From Macrostomum lignano (taxonomy: Eukaryota): a DNA stretch of 64,000 nt. The stretch spans positions 310,001 to 374,000 of the forward strand of contig NIVC01000606.1 of assembly GCA_002269645.1 (NCBI GenBank), given 5' to 3'. Both the position numbers and the translations under genes were made by a program. Positions 24,926-38,425 of the stretch are shown here, piece after piece. Below the pieces are notes generated by a model. That model worked only from the letters and a program-made list of their open reading frames with translations. It made no database searches and was not told the DNA's origin. The number at the start of each line of letters is the position of its first letter. The first letter of the stretch is position 1.

Positions 24926-25675
24926 GTGGCAGTTATGGTGTACCGGTATCTGCGTTGAATCGTGAAAAGCAGCAACACCGCCCCATCAAAATTAAAAGTC
25001 AGAAGTTTAGCTTTATTAAATGTGGGTTAGATGTGAACGAGCCTTTAATTTAAGATGCATCTATGTTGATGGATTCATAAATTCATGTCGAGTCTAGCAT
25101 AGCAACAAAGAATTCTGCAGTTCAACTGCCACGCCAATATTTCAATCTGGGCTATGGAACCAAGGTGAAGAACCATCGCTTCAAACAAAGTACGAGCGTA
25201 TGTATTATATATGTACAAAACAAGGCAAAAGTACATTACATTAGAATGAATAATGTGGCCACTAAATAGCTATACTAGTTACAAAGCTACTACTACAAGT
25301 AGGCAACGCACATACAATAAGAAAGAGCCTGACAAATCAGAAAAATCACCAATTAAACTACAGTAAAAAAACTCTGGGTGTATCGTTGGAGCGAGAAATT
25401 CTGCTACAGAGGGGCGAGTTGTCGTTAGCAGTAATGCAAACAGTAGCAGGGAAGGGCATCACAGATAAGGTGGCCTCTAGCCGAGATTAACTCCGGTTGG
25501 GGCAGAGAACGGATGACGATTAAATGAGTTTGTGTACAGCGCCAACTCTAGCTACGAGTAATTTCATATCTACTATATACAATCAAAGCAGTGAAACTCG
25601 AACCATTCAAAATATAGAGGGTTTGGGGTAATGTGTACGTAATATATTTGCAATCTGGCCAACGCTCACTTGGGC

Positions 25676-28600
25676 TTATTCAGTCATTAAATAGTCCTCA
25701 GCTTCATCTTCGGGATCGGAGATTGCAGCAGCACCTGCTGATGCCTCGATGGCGGCGGACGAGGCGGCGGTCAAGCGAATTGGCAAATTGCCGCTGTGAA
25801 CCCCGGCGATGACCTGGGAGCTGGTTTGGCCCGGATCCGTCAAGATGGAGGTGGTCACGCACAGCTGGGTCAGGGCGCGGTGAGCAGCTGGGGTGCAGGG
25901 TGGAGGGCTGTCAGTAACTGATTGGCTGTCAGCTGATTGGCTGCTATTTGATTGGCTGTCAACTGATTGGCTGCTATTTTATTGGCTGTCAGCATGGCTG
26001 CTGTTTGATTGGCTATGAGCTGATTGGCTGATGGATTATGTGCTATTTAATTGGCTATGAGCTGATTGGCTGCTGATTAGGTGCTATTTGATTGGCTATA
26101 AGCTGATTGGCTGATATTCGATTAACCTGCTTATCTAACTGGTCGGACAATAACATGCTTATTTGAAACAGCAACAAACTCGGCAAGCAGGGACCCGTTC
26201 GCTACTCACAAGGCCGCAGTTTGGTCAGGCAGAAGTGCTGGTCGGCCCAGTTCAGCACAGTCCTGGCGAAATCCTCAATCGAGCACGTGGAAACGTTACT
26301 ATTGTAAGCGTCGAATGCGTCTGAGACCATCAGGCTGAACTGCAGGGAGGGGTTGGCAGGGACAGTTTTGCTAAAATCATTCTCATACTCATTTCTCACT
26401 GTCGCATAATCGATTCTTCTTTTTCGGGCTATAGGAGTACTTTTATTACGTTTTAATGTCTACTTACTCTGAATCTCACCGTCTACTCTGAATCTCACAG
26501 TCTACTTACTCTGAATCTCACCGTCTACTCCGAATCTCACAGTCTACTTACTCTGAATCTCAAAGTCTACTTACTCTGAATCTCACAGTCTACTCATCTG
26601 AATCTCACAGTCTACTTACTCTGAATCTCACAGTCTACTTACTCTGAATCTCACAGTCTACTCATCTGAATCTCACAGTCTACTTATCTGAATCTCACAG
26701 TCTACTTACTCTGAATCTAAGTTTACTTTCCAACCTGTCCACTCCCTTGACACAGCACCCATTTCCAACACAAACAACTGGCTGAACTCACAAGATAAAA
26801 CTTCCAGTTGTTGAGCACGCCGGGCCCGGCGTAGCTGTCCTCAAACCAGCGCCTGCCGTCCAACTGCTGCCTCTGCTGGCCGTGCGCCGACCCAGCGGTC
26901 GACGCCGCTGTAGCCGACGAAGCTGCGGACAGGTGCTCACAGGCCGTGCCGATTTCAGCGCGCAGCTGGGCGGCCTCGGCGCGAAGCAGCTCGGCCTGAC
27001 GGCGGCTCTCGGCCCGCTCTGAGCGCAGCTGGCGGAGCCGGTCGGCCGCCTTGTGCAGCAGGGCGGCTTTGGCGAGCTTCTGGGAGCCGCTCACTGGCAG
27101 CAGCGCCTGCAGCGTGTCGAAGGCCGAGTTGATGGACACCCGTCGGGCCTGCAGAAGGGGATGGCACGTCCGGGTTGGTCTGTTTTCTGGCACTCCTATT
27201 CTGTCACTCTATTAGCTGGCACTCCGATTCTGTCACTCTATTAGCTGGCACTCTGGTTGGTTCTGTCACTTTATTAGCTGGCACTCCGATTCTGTCACTC
27301 TTAGCTGGCATTACGATTCTGTCACTCTATTAGCTGGCACTCTGGTTGGTTCTGTCACTTTATTAGCTGGCACTCCGATTCTGTCACTCTTAGCTGGCAT
27401 TACGATTTTGTCACTCTATTAGCTGGCACTTCGATTCTGTCACTCTTAGCTGGCATTCCGATTCTGTCACTCTAAACGCTGGCACTCAGATTCTGTCACA
27501 CTATTAGCTGGCACTCTGGTTGGTTCTGCCACTCTATTAGCTGGCACTCCGATTCTGTCACTCTATTAGCTGGCACTCTGGTTGGTTCTGTTACTCTATT
27601 AGCTGGCACTCCGATTCTGTCCCTCTATTAGCTGGCACTCTGGTTGGTTCTGTTACTCTATTAGCTGGCACTCCGATTCTGTCACTCTTAGCTGGCACTC
27701 CGATTCTGTCACTCTTAGCTGGCACTCCGATTCTGTCACTCTTAGCTGGCACTCTGGTTCTGTCACTCTATTAGCTGGCACTCTGATTGTGTCACTCTAG
27801 AATTCTATCTGCATACTAGTTGCCACCCGAAATCCTAGTTAAAACAACAAGTATGCAAATATGATCTCATCAATAAGGTAAAAACAGGAAGCAGATGCAA
27901 CAGGCAAGCACAAACCTGTTCAGTTTTCAATGACATAGCCATGGACTGCTTGTGAAGCAGGTAGCTCTCCCTATGCCTGTTCATTGACGGCTGTAAGCGG
28001 AGGAAAAATTGAAATTGGTTTAACTAATATTAACCATCTTCATCACAAACACATGAGTCTACATTGCCAGGATAGCAAAATAATGAAGATTTAATAAACT
28101 AACCAACTCAATTCTGAATCCATCGCCAGACAGGGAGGAACAATCCATGTCAGATTTTGGAATAGCTGTAGGCAATTGAACTTCTGGCTGCTGCTGCTGC
28201 GTGTGCAGCTTCCTTTGTTGCTGCTGCTGATGATGGTGCTGTAGCGGAGGCGGCGGCGGCGATGGCTCGGGCAGAACCGGGGCCCTGAGAATCCTGTAAA
28301 GAGTCTCCGAGCCGGCTATGCTGAAAGCTGGAGCTGGCGGTGGCAGCGGCGGAGGCGGCGGTGGAGTCGGCAGCTGTACATGAATGCCGATGCCTCTCAG
28401 GTAGTCTAGCAGAGCGCTGACCACAGCGGGTGGCTGGTTAGTGCGGGCCAGGAGACCCTGCAGAGTGCTTACAATTCTCTGGTACTCCGCTGGGCTGAGA
28501 TTCACCACGGGAGTCTGCTGCAGCGGCGGCGGCGGCGGCGGCTGCGGAGTCAGCGGCGGAGGCGGCGGCGGCGGCGGGGGAGTCGGCACTGCGAATGTAG

Positions 28601-30359
28601 TCGCAACCGAAGTCGCAGTCGATGGCATCGGCATCGCGGCGGTGGCCGAGACGGAGACAGCGGCGGAAGAGGTCAGCAAAGCCAGCAGCTGGTCACCGCC
28701 AATGAAATCGTCAATACTGGGCTGCAGCTGCTGCAACCCCGGCTGGATGAAGTCGGAGTTCACCCCGCCGCCGATACCGCCGCCACTGCCGCCGCCGCCG
28801 CCGACACTGCAGTCGACAATGCCGACACCGTTGACGTAGCCGGAGCCGCCGACCGCGGTGTCCGCGCCGCCGAGCAAGCCTCCAAAGCTGAATCCGTCGC
28901 AGGCGGCCAGCAGGCTGTCCAGATTCGGGTCCAGCTGGAAATCGGCCAGCAGATCGTCCAGCAGGTGGACGCTCGGCGCCCGTGGCGGCTGCGACTCGCG
29001 CGGGCTCATCGGCCAGTCGGTGCCGGTGGCGCCAACGCCACGGCGCTTGATGTCTAGCTCCGTGTTCTGCGCCAGCCAGTCGCTATCGTACACAATGTCC
29101 ATTGGCTCCTGGCAGCGCGATGTTTTCAACCTGTGCCGGTTCTGCCTGTAGAATGTGCGCCAGCTGTGGTACTCCTTGCACACTGTGTCAAGCCGGCGCT
29201 TCCAGTACTTGCCTTCCATGATCACGGACTCGGCCCTGGAGTGCGCCTGGGCCGGCGAGGCCAGACAGGCAGTGGTGAGTGAATACCAATCTCAGAGGGC
29301 AGCAGCGGCCAGCTGAAGCATCGGGGGGAGGGCAGCAGCGGCCAGCTGAAGCATCGGGAGGGGCAGCAGCGGCCAGCTGAAGCATCAGGAGGGGCAGCAG
29401 CGGCCAGCTGAAGCATCGGGAGGGGCAGCAGCGGCCAGCTGAAGCATCGGGAGGGGCAGCAGCGGCCAGCTGAAGCATCGGGAGGGGCAGCAGCGGCCAG
29501 CTGAAGCATCGGGGGAGGGCAGCAGCGGCCAGCTGAAGCATCGGGGGGGAGGGCAGCAGCAGCCAGCTGAAGCATCGGGGAGGGGAGGGCAGCAGCGGCC
29601 AGCTGAAGCATCGGGGAGGGGAGGGCAGCAGCGGCCAGCTGAAGCATCGGGAAGGCAGCAACGGCCAGCTGAAGCATCGGGGGGAGGGCAGCAGCGGCCA
29701 GCTGAAGCATCGGGGAGGGGAGGGCAGCAGCGGCCAGCTGAAGCATCGGGAGGGCAGCAACTCACCTCGTCGGCAAGCGGGTTGGCGAACTGCACAATCC
29801 GCGGCCGCTGCTGCCGCACGAACTGCAGATGATACTCCCGCCAGATAATATTATTCAGCCGAATTTTCTCTTTCACTTTGAATCGCATGCCGCGAAAATC
29901 GTTCCACTTCGGATTGGTGATCTTGCCCGAGTAGGTGAGCTTCAGGTAGCACAGCAGCTTTGTCAGCGACTGGTCGAAGCTGATTGCGGCGGCACCAGCC
30001 GACTGCTCAGCGGTGCCGGCGCCAGTCGAAGCGGCAATGGCCGCCGTCGCAGCAGCCGCGGTTGACGCGCTAGCAGCGGCGTCAGCTGAGGAAAAGTTCA
30101 CCACGATTGGAGCGTCGGGGACAACGGCAGCCGGTCCGGAGCCTGCTGCCAGCATCGAGCGTTTCTTGTCAGTGTCGGAGAAATCGACGGGAAAGTCGGA
30201 CAGAGAGTTGGAATCCGAGTCGGCGTCCTCCAGGTTGCTCATCATGAAGTGGCCGGAGTGGATCTGGGCGGACTCGGCCACTCCGGCAGCTCCCACTCCC
30301 ACTGGCTGGCTGCCAGAGCCAGATGGGCAGCGCTGCGGCTGCTTGTCTGTCATCACCAT
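25676..30359 (-). CDS. Mondo: Mondo/ChREBP-family bHLH-ZIP transcription factor (MLXIP/MLXIPL-like), 6 exons: 30359-29766, 29246-28104, 27990-27916, 27148-26792, 26339-26210, 25887-25676 (about 836 aa)
   Basis: Mondo conserved regions IHSGHFMMS, SLTKLL..LTYSGKITNPKW..F.G....KEKIRLNNIIWR and EGKYWKRR....KEYHSWR. bHLH-ZIP EQ|ARRVSINSAFDTLQALLP..KAALLHKAAD. C-terminal domain NWKFYL|FSLMV..WADQHFCL.KLRP..TSILTDP. GT-AG joins are in frame (2511 nt). The exon 2 donor is less certain. Confidence 0.9.
25915..26115. repeat. About 15-bp degenerate repeat containing 11 ATTGG (CCAAT) motifs
   Basis: ATTGG at 25921, 25936, 25951, 25966, 25981, 26008, 26023, 26050, 26065, 26091 and 26106. Confidence 0.85.
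26455..26720. repeat. About 23-bp minisatellite TCTACTTACTCTGAATCTCACAG
   Basis: Mondo intron 4, directly visible. Confidence 0.93.
27195..27800. repeat. About 27-33-bp minisatellite CTGTCACTCTATTAGCTGGCACTC(CGATT/TGGTTGGTT)
   Basis: Mondo intron 3, directly visible. Confidence 0.93.
29296..29760. repeat. About 30-37-bp minisatellite GGGCAGCAGCGGCCAGCTGAAGCATCGGG(A/G)n
   Basis: Fills almost all of Mondo intron 1 and abuts the donor at 29765. Confidence 0.95.
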
Positions 30360-30840
30360 GGCAACAGCGCAGCAAGGAACAGCAGGTCACTGTTTGGTTC
30401 CTTTGATCGCTTCGGTGCTCACTGTTAGTTAGTTTGCGAAGAATAGAGAGTAAAACAATGATTTACAGGTCGATTACAATGGCACGTGGCATCGAAAATC
30501 TCTGCTGCTTGAGTCTCCAACTCCAAGGGACTTAAAGAGTTCACCCTGCTTTGAAGCTGGCAAAATTAATTTATTCATACTGCCCTTACCGACCCCAGCC
30601 ATCAAATCAACATTGGTTTCTGCCTAACACACTTTTAAGAGAACTTATTAGAACAAAAATGAGACCAACATGATGTTTAGTATTATCAAGTTAAATTTAA
30701 TAACAATGATAGTAATAAATAGTTTTTATACCCTACTCATTATTTACATATTTTATATACATGCTATATGCTATATAGCCTGATTGCAGCGCATGGGCAT
30801 TTTGGCGGACGGCGTCCGGCGCGGATCTAATACGGCGCGG

Positions 30841-30924
30841 TGCCGAGGCATTTAGGCTTGATAAGACAGTCATAGTTACTCCTGCCGTTTACCCAAAACT
30901 GCGTTAATTTTGCTTTAGGGTTTC
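30841..30924 (-). repeat. Dispersed repeat with 28S rRNA-like core (copy 2, inverted)
   Basis: The reverse complement reads AAAGCAAAATTAACGCAGTTTTGGGTAAACGGCAGGAGTAACTATGACTGTCTTATCAAGCCTAAATGCCTCGGCA, matching 10600-10690. Confidence 0.7.
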
Positions 30925-33900
30925 TTTCACAGGTAAGTCATTTCACAGCGTGGCGCAGGTTGTGTAGGCGTCTGGCGCTAAATAAGCTAAAATATTGTGT
31001 TATACTTATTCTATGAAGATGTTTTAAGAATAAATAAGCTTATTTATTTGCAATATAGTTTGATTCTCTATATATACATACATCTCTTGGTCTATACTAT
31101 TATAGTCTATAGACTATGCTTTATCCTTGGCCCCTTGGTCTATAGATCATAGTATAGAAAATGACTTTTATACCAGAAAATTCTAGAATATTTTTGCCCT
31201 CATTGAAAATCTTGGTATATACTTGGTATAGCATATAAAAGTTTTAGGTCCAAATTTGGTATATACAATTAGTCGTAGTATAAGCCTATAAAAGTAGCTT
31301 TTATTTAGCATGCATGTTATAGCAAAAATTTTAATCAACAAAAGTTATTTTTAAAATAATAAAAACTATACTGAAAATTGTTATTATAAAAAAGTAAATC
31401 TTTACTAGGAAAAAAAGAAAAACAGAAAATATATTAAAAATGACACTATAAAATGCTTTTATTAACCTTTTGTTACAAAGATAAAAAGCAATATATATAA
31501 GCAACTTTATACATTTATACATTGAATTATTTTCTTAGAAATTTATTGTTCAAATGGGTATAGAATAGTGTGACTAAAAGGGAGTAGCCGAAATTGTCAT
31601 ATCCAAAATTGTCATATGATGATGACGACTTGAACAAATCTGGAAGACTTAAACATTTAAATATGACGACTTTGACCAAAGGCAAGGGTGTATTAATTTA
31701 GGATTTTCCTACCTTCAGGCAAAAATCCCTTGCATGCACCCATAATTTTTATATTAATTGTGTCAATTAATGCTGATTGCTGCATGACTACTGAGACTAA
31801 TATATAATTATATAATGTATATGCACAATTGAGATTATTTCCCTGGCCTATACGAGCGTAAAGCCAAAGGCTTGTTTAATTTGATTCCTTTGTATTTGAC
31901 TGATTATGATGGCTCATTTGATGATAGTTTGAATAAGCCTGTAAATCATTTTAAAATTTGTTGGCAAACAAGAACATGCTGCCGCCATGAGCTAAGATCC
32001 TTGCGCAGCCAATGCAACACAATATGACGATTTAATGAATGCAGCATTGTCCAATACTGAGAATGAGATGATGAGAATTTAGATAATTTAGTTGTTTTTC
32101 TCTTAAGCTGCTGCTGCAGATGACGATCTTGAATATGACGACTTTGGCTAGAACTGACTAAAAGATTTCTCTCTAGTACAAAGTCTAACTATTAGCTAGA
32201 TAAATAGACAATCAGTGGTTAGTCAATAAAAGGCAGATGCAGCTACTCAAGCAGTTAGTATATCACCAAAATTATGGCTAGTTATCTATTTGCCCCTATA
32301 ACCATTGTTTATTGTTTTTTATCTATAGGACTATATATTCATAGTTTTACTAGTTGATAATTGACAATCTATTAAAACTTAATAAATTAATCTTTCTATT
32401 GAATCTATTATAGTATTTATCATTAAACTAAACAAATCTATATTTTATAATTTTCAATGAAAATAATAAATGTGAAAGAATAAAATATTGCCAACTATAT
32501 TTTTCTTTTATTTTTGGCACTAAAATCTAGCTTGTGGCACTAATACTATTCAAGTCATAGTCATATTGAGATCTTGCTTACAATGCTAGGGGGCCTAGAT
32601 TGGCAATTGGCATTAAATCACTAGGCCTATACTAATAATAATATATTACTTTTAGTGAAAATGATCAGGGACTTTTGCCCCTGGCAAAAAATTGTTGTAT
32701 GACTATACATCTATAGTGCTAGTGCATAGTGCCAACCTCTTCTCTTCAAACATTTTGTACATGTGCAAATAATTTTAGGAAAATTGAAAATAGTGATATT
32801 AGCTCTTAAGTTATTTTTATACCAGCGGCATAGGGGCTTAATGATTATGTGATTGGCATTACACATTTGAGATCCTGTCTGACATTTTTGGAGTCTAATC
32901 TTAAAGTTTCAAAGCACAGTTTTCATTGCATCATTTTTGCTATCATATTTATTACTATTTTATCAAAGGAGACACTAAATAAATACAGCATGTTGAAAGT
33001 ATAAACGCCACAAAAATTTAATCAAGCAGCATCGGATTCATCGCTACAATTTTTTCCTAGAACTATGTCCTTAACCAATTTTCATAGAAAACGAGATATT
33101 AAACAATCGCGCTCTCACTTTACGTTTATCTTGTCAACATCAACGTTATTTTATATACAGTGTAAAAGCGTGTCAATCAGAGTCACTGACTCTTTAAGGA
33201 TGGCCGCTCTTAGTCTGGGCGTAGACGGCTGGTAGCCATTGGGAAACAAAGCCTGTCGCTAGACGTATAGAAATTAACGGGAGCCAGTCCAGTGGGAAAA
33301 TGCACCTCCAACTTTTGCTAAGATATCCTATGTTTTTATAAAGTATTGTATAATGGAAAATTTAACTTTATGTCTTGACTCGTTCCACCAAGCCCTCTCG
33401 GTTCTGGGCTTTAGCCCACCATTTTTTCGAACATTAATCCTACACCCATATTGGCTACATGTAGGCGTTTACATGCAGTTGCGAAGGCCCGAGAGTGGAA
33501 TGAGATGTTTTTAGTGGATATCGTCAAGACTGTGTGTAATTTTGAACAGGATTAGATGTAACCAATTAAAACAGTTCTGAGTCGAAAGCTGGATCCGCGG
33601 TAGTTCATGCACAACTCACGAGGAGTGTAAGTGACCCAGATCGAGTATTAATGTATAGTAGCTGCTACGTGATTTTTATGACTTATTGGCACTAATCTCA
33701 GCGCTGGGGATCGGCAATCAATATACTTTTTCATATACTAACGGAATGTCGTTGAATGAAGCAAGTTTTACAGAAATCAGATTTTATTGGATGGATGATT
33801 AAATTGCACTCGATCATCTGAGAAAATATAGTTACATAACATCATAAATGTATCCTCTTGCAGATTGGTAAAATTAAGTTTTACTGGGAGATGAAACGAG

Positions 33901-33979
33901 GCCATTTAACCCAACAACCAAAAACACCAAAATTCATTGTTTGCCAGTCAAGCAAGTCATGAGAGGCAGGTCGACAACG

Positions 33980-34920
33980 TCACAGGGCGCGTTTCAGGGC
34001 CGCACCGCCGGCAGTGTCCGGGGTGCCAGAATTAGTGCGCGCCTGCAGCGCCAGCAGCACCACCTCCTGCACCGGCGGTGGGCAGTAAGACTCGGCTCGG
34101 ATGAACACGGGACAGGCCGGTGCAGTGATAGAGTGCCACACATTGCTGACATGCTCGCACAGCACAGCAGCGCTCGTGCCATGATACAGCGCCATGACGG
34201 CTGAATCAGCTGCTCTGGCACGTACGCACGAAGCACCATTGGTAGCACGGCCCTCACGACCGAGCCGAAAGACTTCCTTAAGTCAATAAAGAGAGCAACA
34301 ATCAGGCTCGACTGGCGAGTCCGCGCTTCTTCGATGATCCGGCGAAGAGCCAGGATCTGCGCCACTACTGTGCCGCGATGGGGCCGGAACCCGTTTTGCT
34401 CAGGCCGCAAATACGCATCCACGGGCTGAAACTGTGATAGCAGCATCCGGTTGAACAGCTTCGCAATCAGAACGCTCGGTGCTCCTCAACCCGTGTGGTG
34501 CCCTGCTTCTTCGGAATAGCGACGATATGGGCCGTGGTTCATTCGTTGGGTGCCGCCTCACCGAAAAGCACGCGGTTCATCCCACTGGCGACCTCGCTGG
34601 CCACACAGTGGAGTCGCAGCGTCTCGATGGGCACCTCGTCCGGACCCAGCGCTTTGCCGCCTGGAGTCTCCGCAGGCAACGACGTCCCCGGCGGGCAGCC
34701 TCAGCTCGTCAAGCGGCCTCTCCAGCTGTCCTCGGTTGCCGAATCGCAGGGTCATCCTGCCACACCGGCTGCCTAGGTCGGGTACGTACGGAATGAGGTG
34801 CGTACGCGCAGAACAGGCGAGCGTTCCGCCGCCGCGAAGCCGGACGTCGACCCGAAGCAGCTGGTCAGACGGAGATGTAGCGACAGCTCTGCTGCAGCCT
34901 CGGTCCGATCAGCACTCCAA
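33980..34920 (-). pseudogene. RTE-like non-LTR retrotransposon remnant: RT N-terminal subdomains fused to the ORF C-terminus
   Basis: KALGPDEVPIE..., AHIVAIPKK and LRPEQNGFRPHRGTVVAQILALRRIIEE...FIDLRKSF are LINE RT motifs, with frameshifts. It ends RAESYCPPPVQEV..KRAL*, like the copy at 39240-39935. Confidence 0.85.
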
Positions 34921-37722
34921 CTCCTCCACGGCCTCGTTGGTCCGCCGAGGTGTACAGAGGGTCCAACTGGAACTGGACTGGACTGGACGGGACTGGAATT
35001 CCCCGCCAAATTCTAAATGATGTACATATACAAGGGTGAAAAATAGAACTGCGACAAATGCAGTTCTGGGAGTTGTTGAAAACTTTTTCTCAAACTGAGA
35101 GCCAGGCAGGCAAGGCAGTACTTTTGGCCCCTCAGCGGCAGCAACATGCACCTGCTCCATGTCTGTCCACAAACGCGCATATGTTGCGTCCATGCAGCTT
35201 CTAATTTTCTGGCACAGTAAACGTCAGTATGCAGCAATGACTGGTGGGGCTCAAATGGATTCCGGACCACCACAGCAATCCTGAGGCCGAACGTCCTGGC
35301 GAAGGCCGGTCAGTCATCAGAGCTGGTACAACTCTGAGAGCATCTCTCCTCTCAAAGGAGATTTCAACGACCGAGCAACTACCCAATAAAAAATTTCCGG
35401 GATTTCGCTCCACAGTGTGTACAACTTTGGACAATAACGGGTAAAGTATGGAAATGTAGAAAGACATTTACAGTTAATACAGTTTACAGTTATATCATTT
35501 GGTATAATTTATTTTAGAAATTTACCAACCAAAATGCGAGATGCTGTACCGCAAAGTGGGAAACCGTTCTTCAAACTTTTTTTAGACTGATTTTGTCATA
35601 TTTGTCTAAATGGAAAAATCTCAAAAATAACGCCCAAATAATAGTCCATAATAATTAGTTTCAAAATCTTAGAAGTTCGACTCGTAAAACTTTGTTAGTC
35701 ATAAAAGAATAAAAGCAACAAAAAATGCCGTAACGCGCATATTACAAGCAATTCCAAATAACCAAGGACATAAATATACAGTATTTCTGTAAGATAATGA
35801 CCGGTCCCAACTGAGGCCATAGACAACAGTAGAAAGTGCATCCACTGCACGAATCCATATCAAGGACTTCTAGACTAGAAGTCCTTGATCCATATATTAA
35901 GCATGTACGAGCTGTATTGATCGCTTGAAGATCGAAGAACAATCAACCATGCAGTGACACGAAACTCTTAAGTACTTCAGCAATTAGTTGTAATAAGTTA
36001 TACTAATAAGAATCCCTACAAAGTAGTGCACACATATCTGGGTCAGGGTAGGGGGTTCAGCTCCGACGCTCACTGCACCCCTGTGCGCATTGCGGTGGCA
36101 CTGCGGTGGGACCTCGCTGTCAAAATACATTTGCGTCTTGCCAGCCTGCCAGCAGCAAATATATTTATTAATTTAGAGGTGTCAATATATAACAGCATAT
36201 ATGGCACTCGCAATGCAACTACAATGCAGCACGGTCAATATGATGCATGGCTCACTGATGCAGTGATTCGGGTGCAGTATGTGGTTGGTTGGTTGGTTGG
36301 TTGGTTGCAGTTACTTACAATTGATATGGCGATAATGATGACAGCTTAATTCCGGCTTTTCCAAGGAGGCTGGATGCAGCGTTTGATGAAGCCACTAGCT
36401 TATGCTCTTTAAATCAGTTTCTTTATACCATCGTTTTGTCTTCTTCTTTTCTTGTTACTGTTGCTGCTGCTATTAGCTATTAACGTGCTTCCGGCTCGAG
36501 TCAGAGACAGATATGGGGGGTTGAGCTCGGAGTCAGGCCTCCCACAGCAAGATATATAGCTCCGCCTGCGTCTCACCTTGTCTCAGATTGTCACCAATTA
36601 CCTGCTGCGCTGGGACTCAAGAGCGTGCATAGCGACTACTGTAGCTACTACTGTATATATACACATTAAAGTGAAACACCGGCTAGCAGCAGTGTGGCGC
36701 CGGCTTGAACGAGGCGCACAAGACAGAGAGGCGCGTACAAGACCTGCTGCTGTTAGAGCTGTGGCCGTGAGATAGGCCAATGAGGCTTTACCGTTCTTGG
36801 TGGCTAATTCTCTCTCTTTATTCCCAGCTCTCCTCCTCGCTAGCCGGAGTGCCATTCGCCTAGAGATACAGCTTTGAGCAGTCAGCTCCCTGCCTGCCCC
36901 AGCCTATGCTCACTCACGACAAGCTGCTGTCTCTCTCTACTGCAGTGCCATTCCGCTGCATAATTTCTGACAGCGGCAGAGAGTCGTATATCAAAACCGC
37001 ATTTGACAAGCGGTGCCTCCCTCTCTCTCTCTCTCTCTCTCTCACACTGGCACATACCCCAGTTGCGATATGATTCAGTACAGCGGCCTGCAGTTGCAGT
37101 AGTCGGTATTTGAAGAGTCAGAGGAGGTGGCAGCTTCTCCAGACGTTATTGCAGCCACATGGCAGGCAAGCCCCGCGACTGAGCTCAAACTTCACAAGCT
37201 GCCGCCAGCTCACTCCGCAATTGTTGAGTTAAAAAGCTTACCGCCTATCCTCACTTCTCTCTCACTCCCTCTATAGTACTAGAGCTAGCTATAAGCCATA
37301 TAGCTGTTAGAAAAGCAATACAGAAAATTTACAACGCATGCAGAGTGGAGAGCCACCGTATGCGCGCGCCCACTGCAGGCAAATTGGCGCACACGCGCAC
37401 ATATCTACTGAACTCTGTTAGCGTTTGGAGTCCGGCAAACTGATTAATTAGTCTGGTTACTGGCCGCACCGAGGCTAAACTGCAGCTGTTAGCTGAGTTC
37501 AGTTCTGGCAAGATAGAGAGAGGGGAGAGAGAGAATGGAGGAGCCGCTAAAGGTTTGTTTAAAGTAACTTTACGTGGCAGTCGGTGAGTCAAAAGAGCAG
37601 CAATTCTGTATCCAGAGAGAAGAGAGATTTATGAGCCGCCATTGCCCAGGCCCATCTCGCAGCTTGAGGCAATCCTATAGCAAACAGAAAGCAATATTCT
37701 ACAAATACTGTTTACAAACTAG

Positions 37723-38425
37723 TGTAAGGACTCCTAATTTGGTGTAAGGACTCCTAATTTGGTGTCAGGACTCCTAATTTGGTGTCAGGACTCCTAATTT
37801 GATGTCAGGACTCCTAATTTGATGTCAGGACTCCTAATTTGGTGTCAGGACTCCTAATTTGGTGTCAGGACTCCTAATTTGATGTCAGGACTCCTAATTT
37901 GATGTCAGGACTCCTAATTTGGTGTCAGGACTCCTAATTTGGTGTCAGGACTCCTAATTTGGTGTGAGGACTCCACATTTAGCGTCAGGACTCTATTTTG
38001 GTTGTCAAAACTTTACAGTTAGCATCAGGACTCTACAATTAGAGTCAGGACTCTACAATTAGAGTCAGGACTCTACATTTAGTGTCAGAACTCTGCATTT
38101 AGTGTCAGGACTCTACATTTAGTGTCAGAACTCTACATTTAGTGTCAGAACTCTGAATTTAGTGTCAGGACTCTACATTTAGTGTCAGAACTCTACATTT
38201 AGTGTTAGGATTCTACATTTAGTGTCAGGACTCTACAGTTAGTGTCAGAACTCTGCATTTAGTGTCAGAACTCTGCATTTAGTGTCAGAACTCTACATTT
38301 AGTGTCAGGACTCTACATTTAGTGTTAGGATTCTACATTTAGTGTCAGAACTCTACAGTTAGTGTCAGGACTCTACAGTTAGTGTCAGAACTCTACATTT
38401 AGTGTCAGGACTCTACTTTGAGTGT
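37723..38425. repeat. 20-bp minisatellite grading from GTCAGGACTCCTAATTTGGT to GTCAG(G/A)ACTCTACATTTAGT, about 35 copies
   Basis: Directly visible. Confidence 0.95.

Noticed and set aside
33181-33210. ACTGACTCTTTAAGGATGGCC as a third 28S-like copy
   Set aside because: Too short and mismatched, and the flanks do not match the other two copies.
35280-35340. Minus-strand CTGATGA as a Penelope-type hammerhead
   Set aside because: No GAAA after a plausible stem II.
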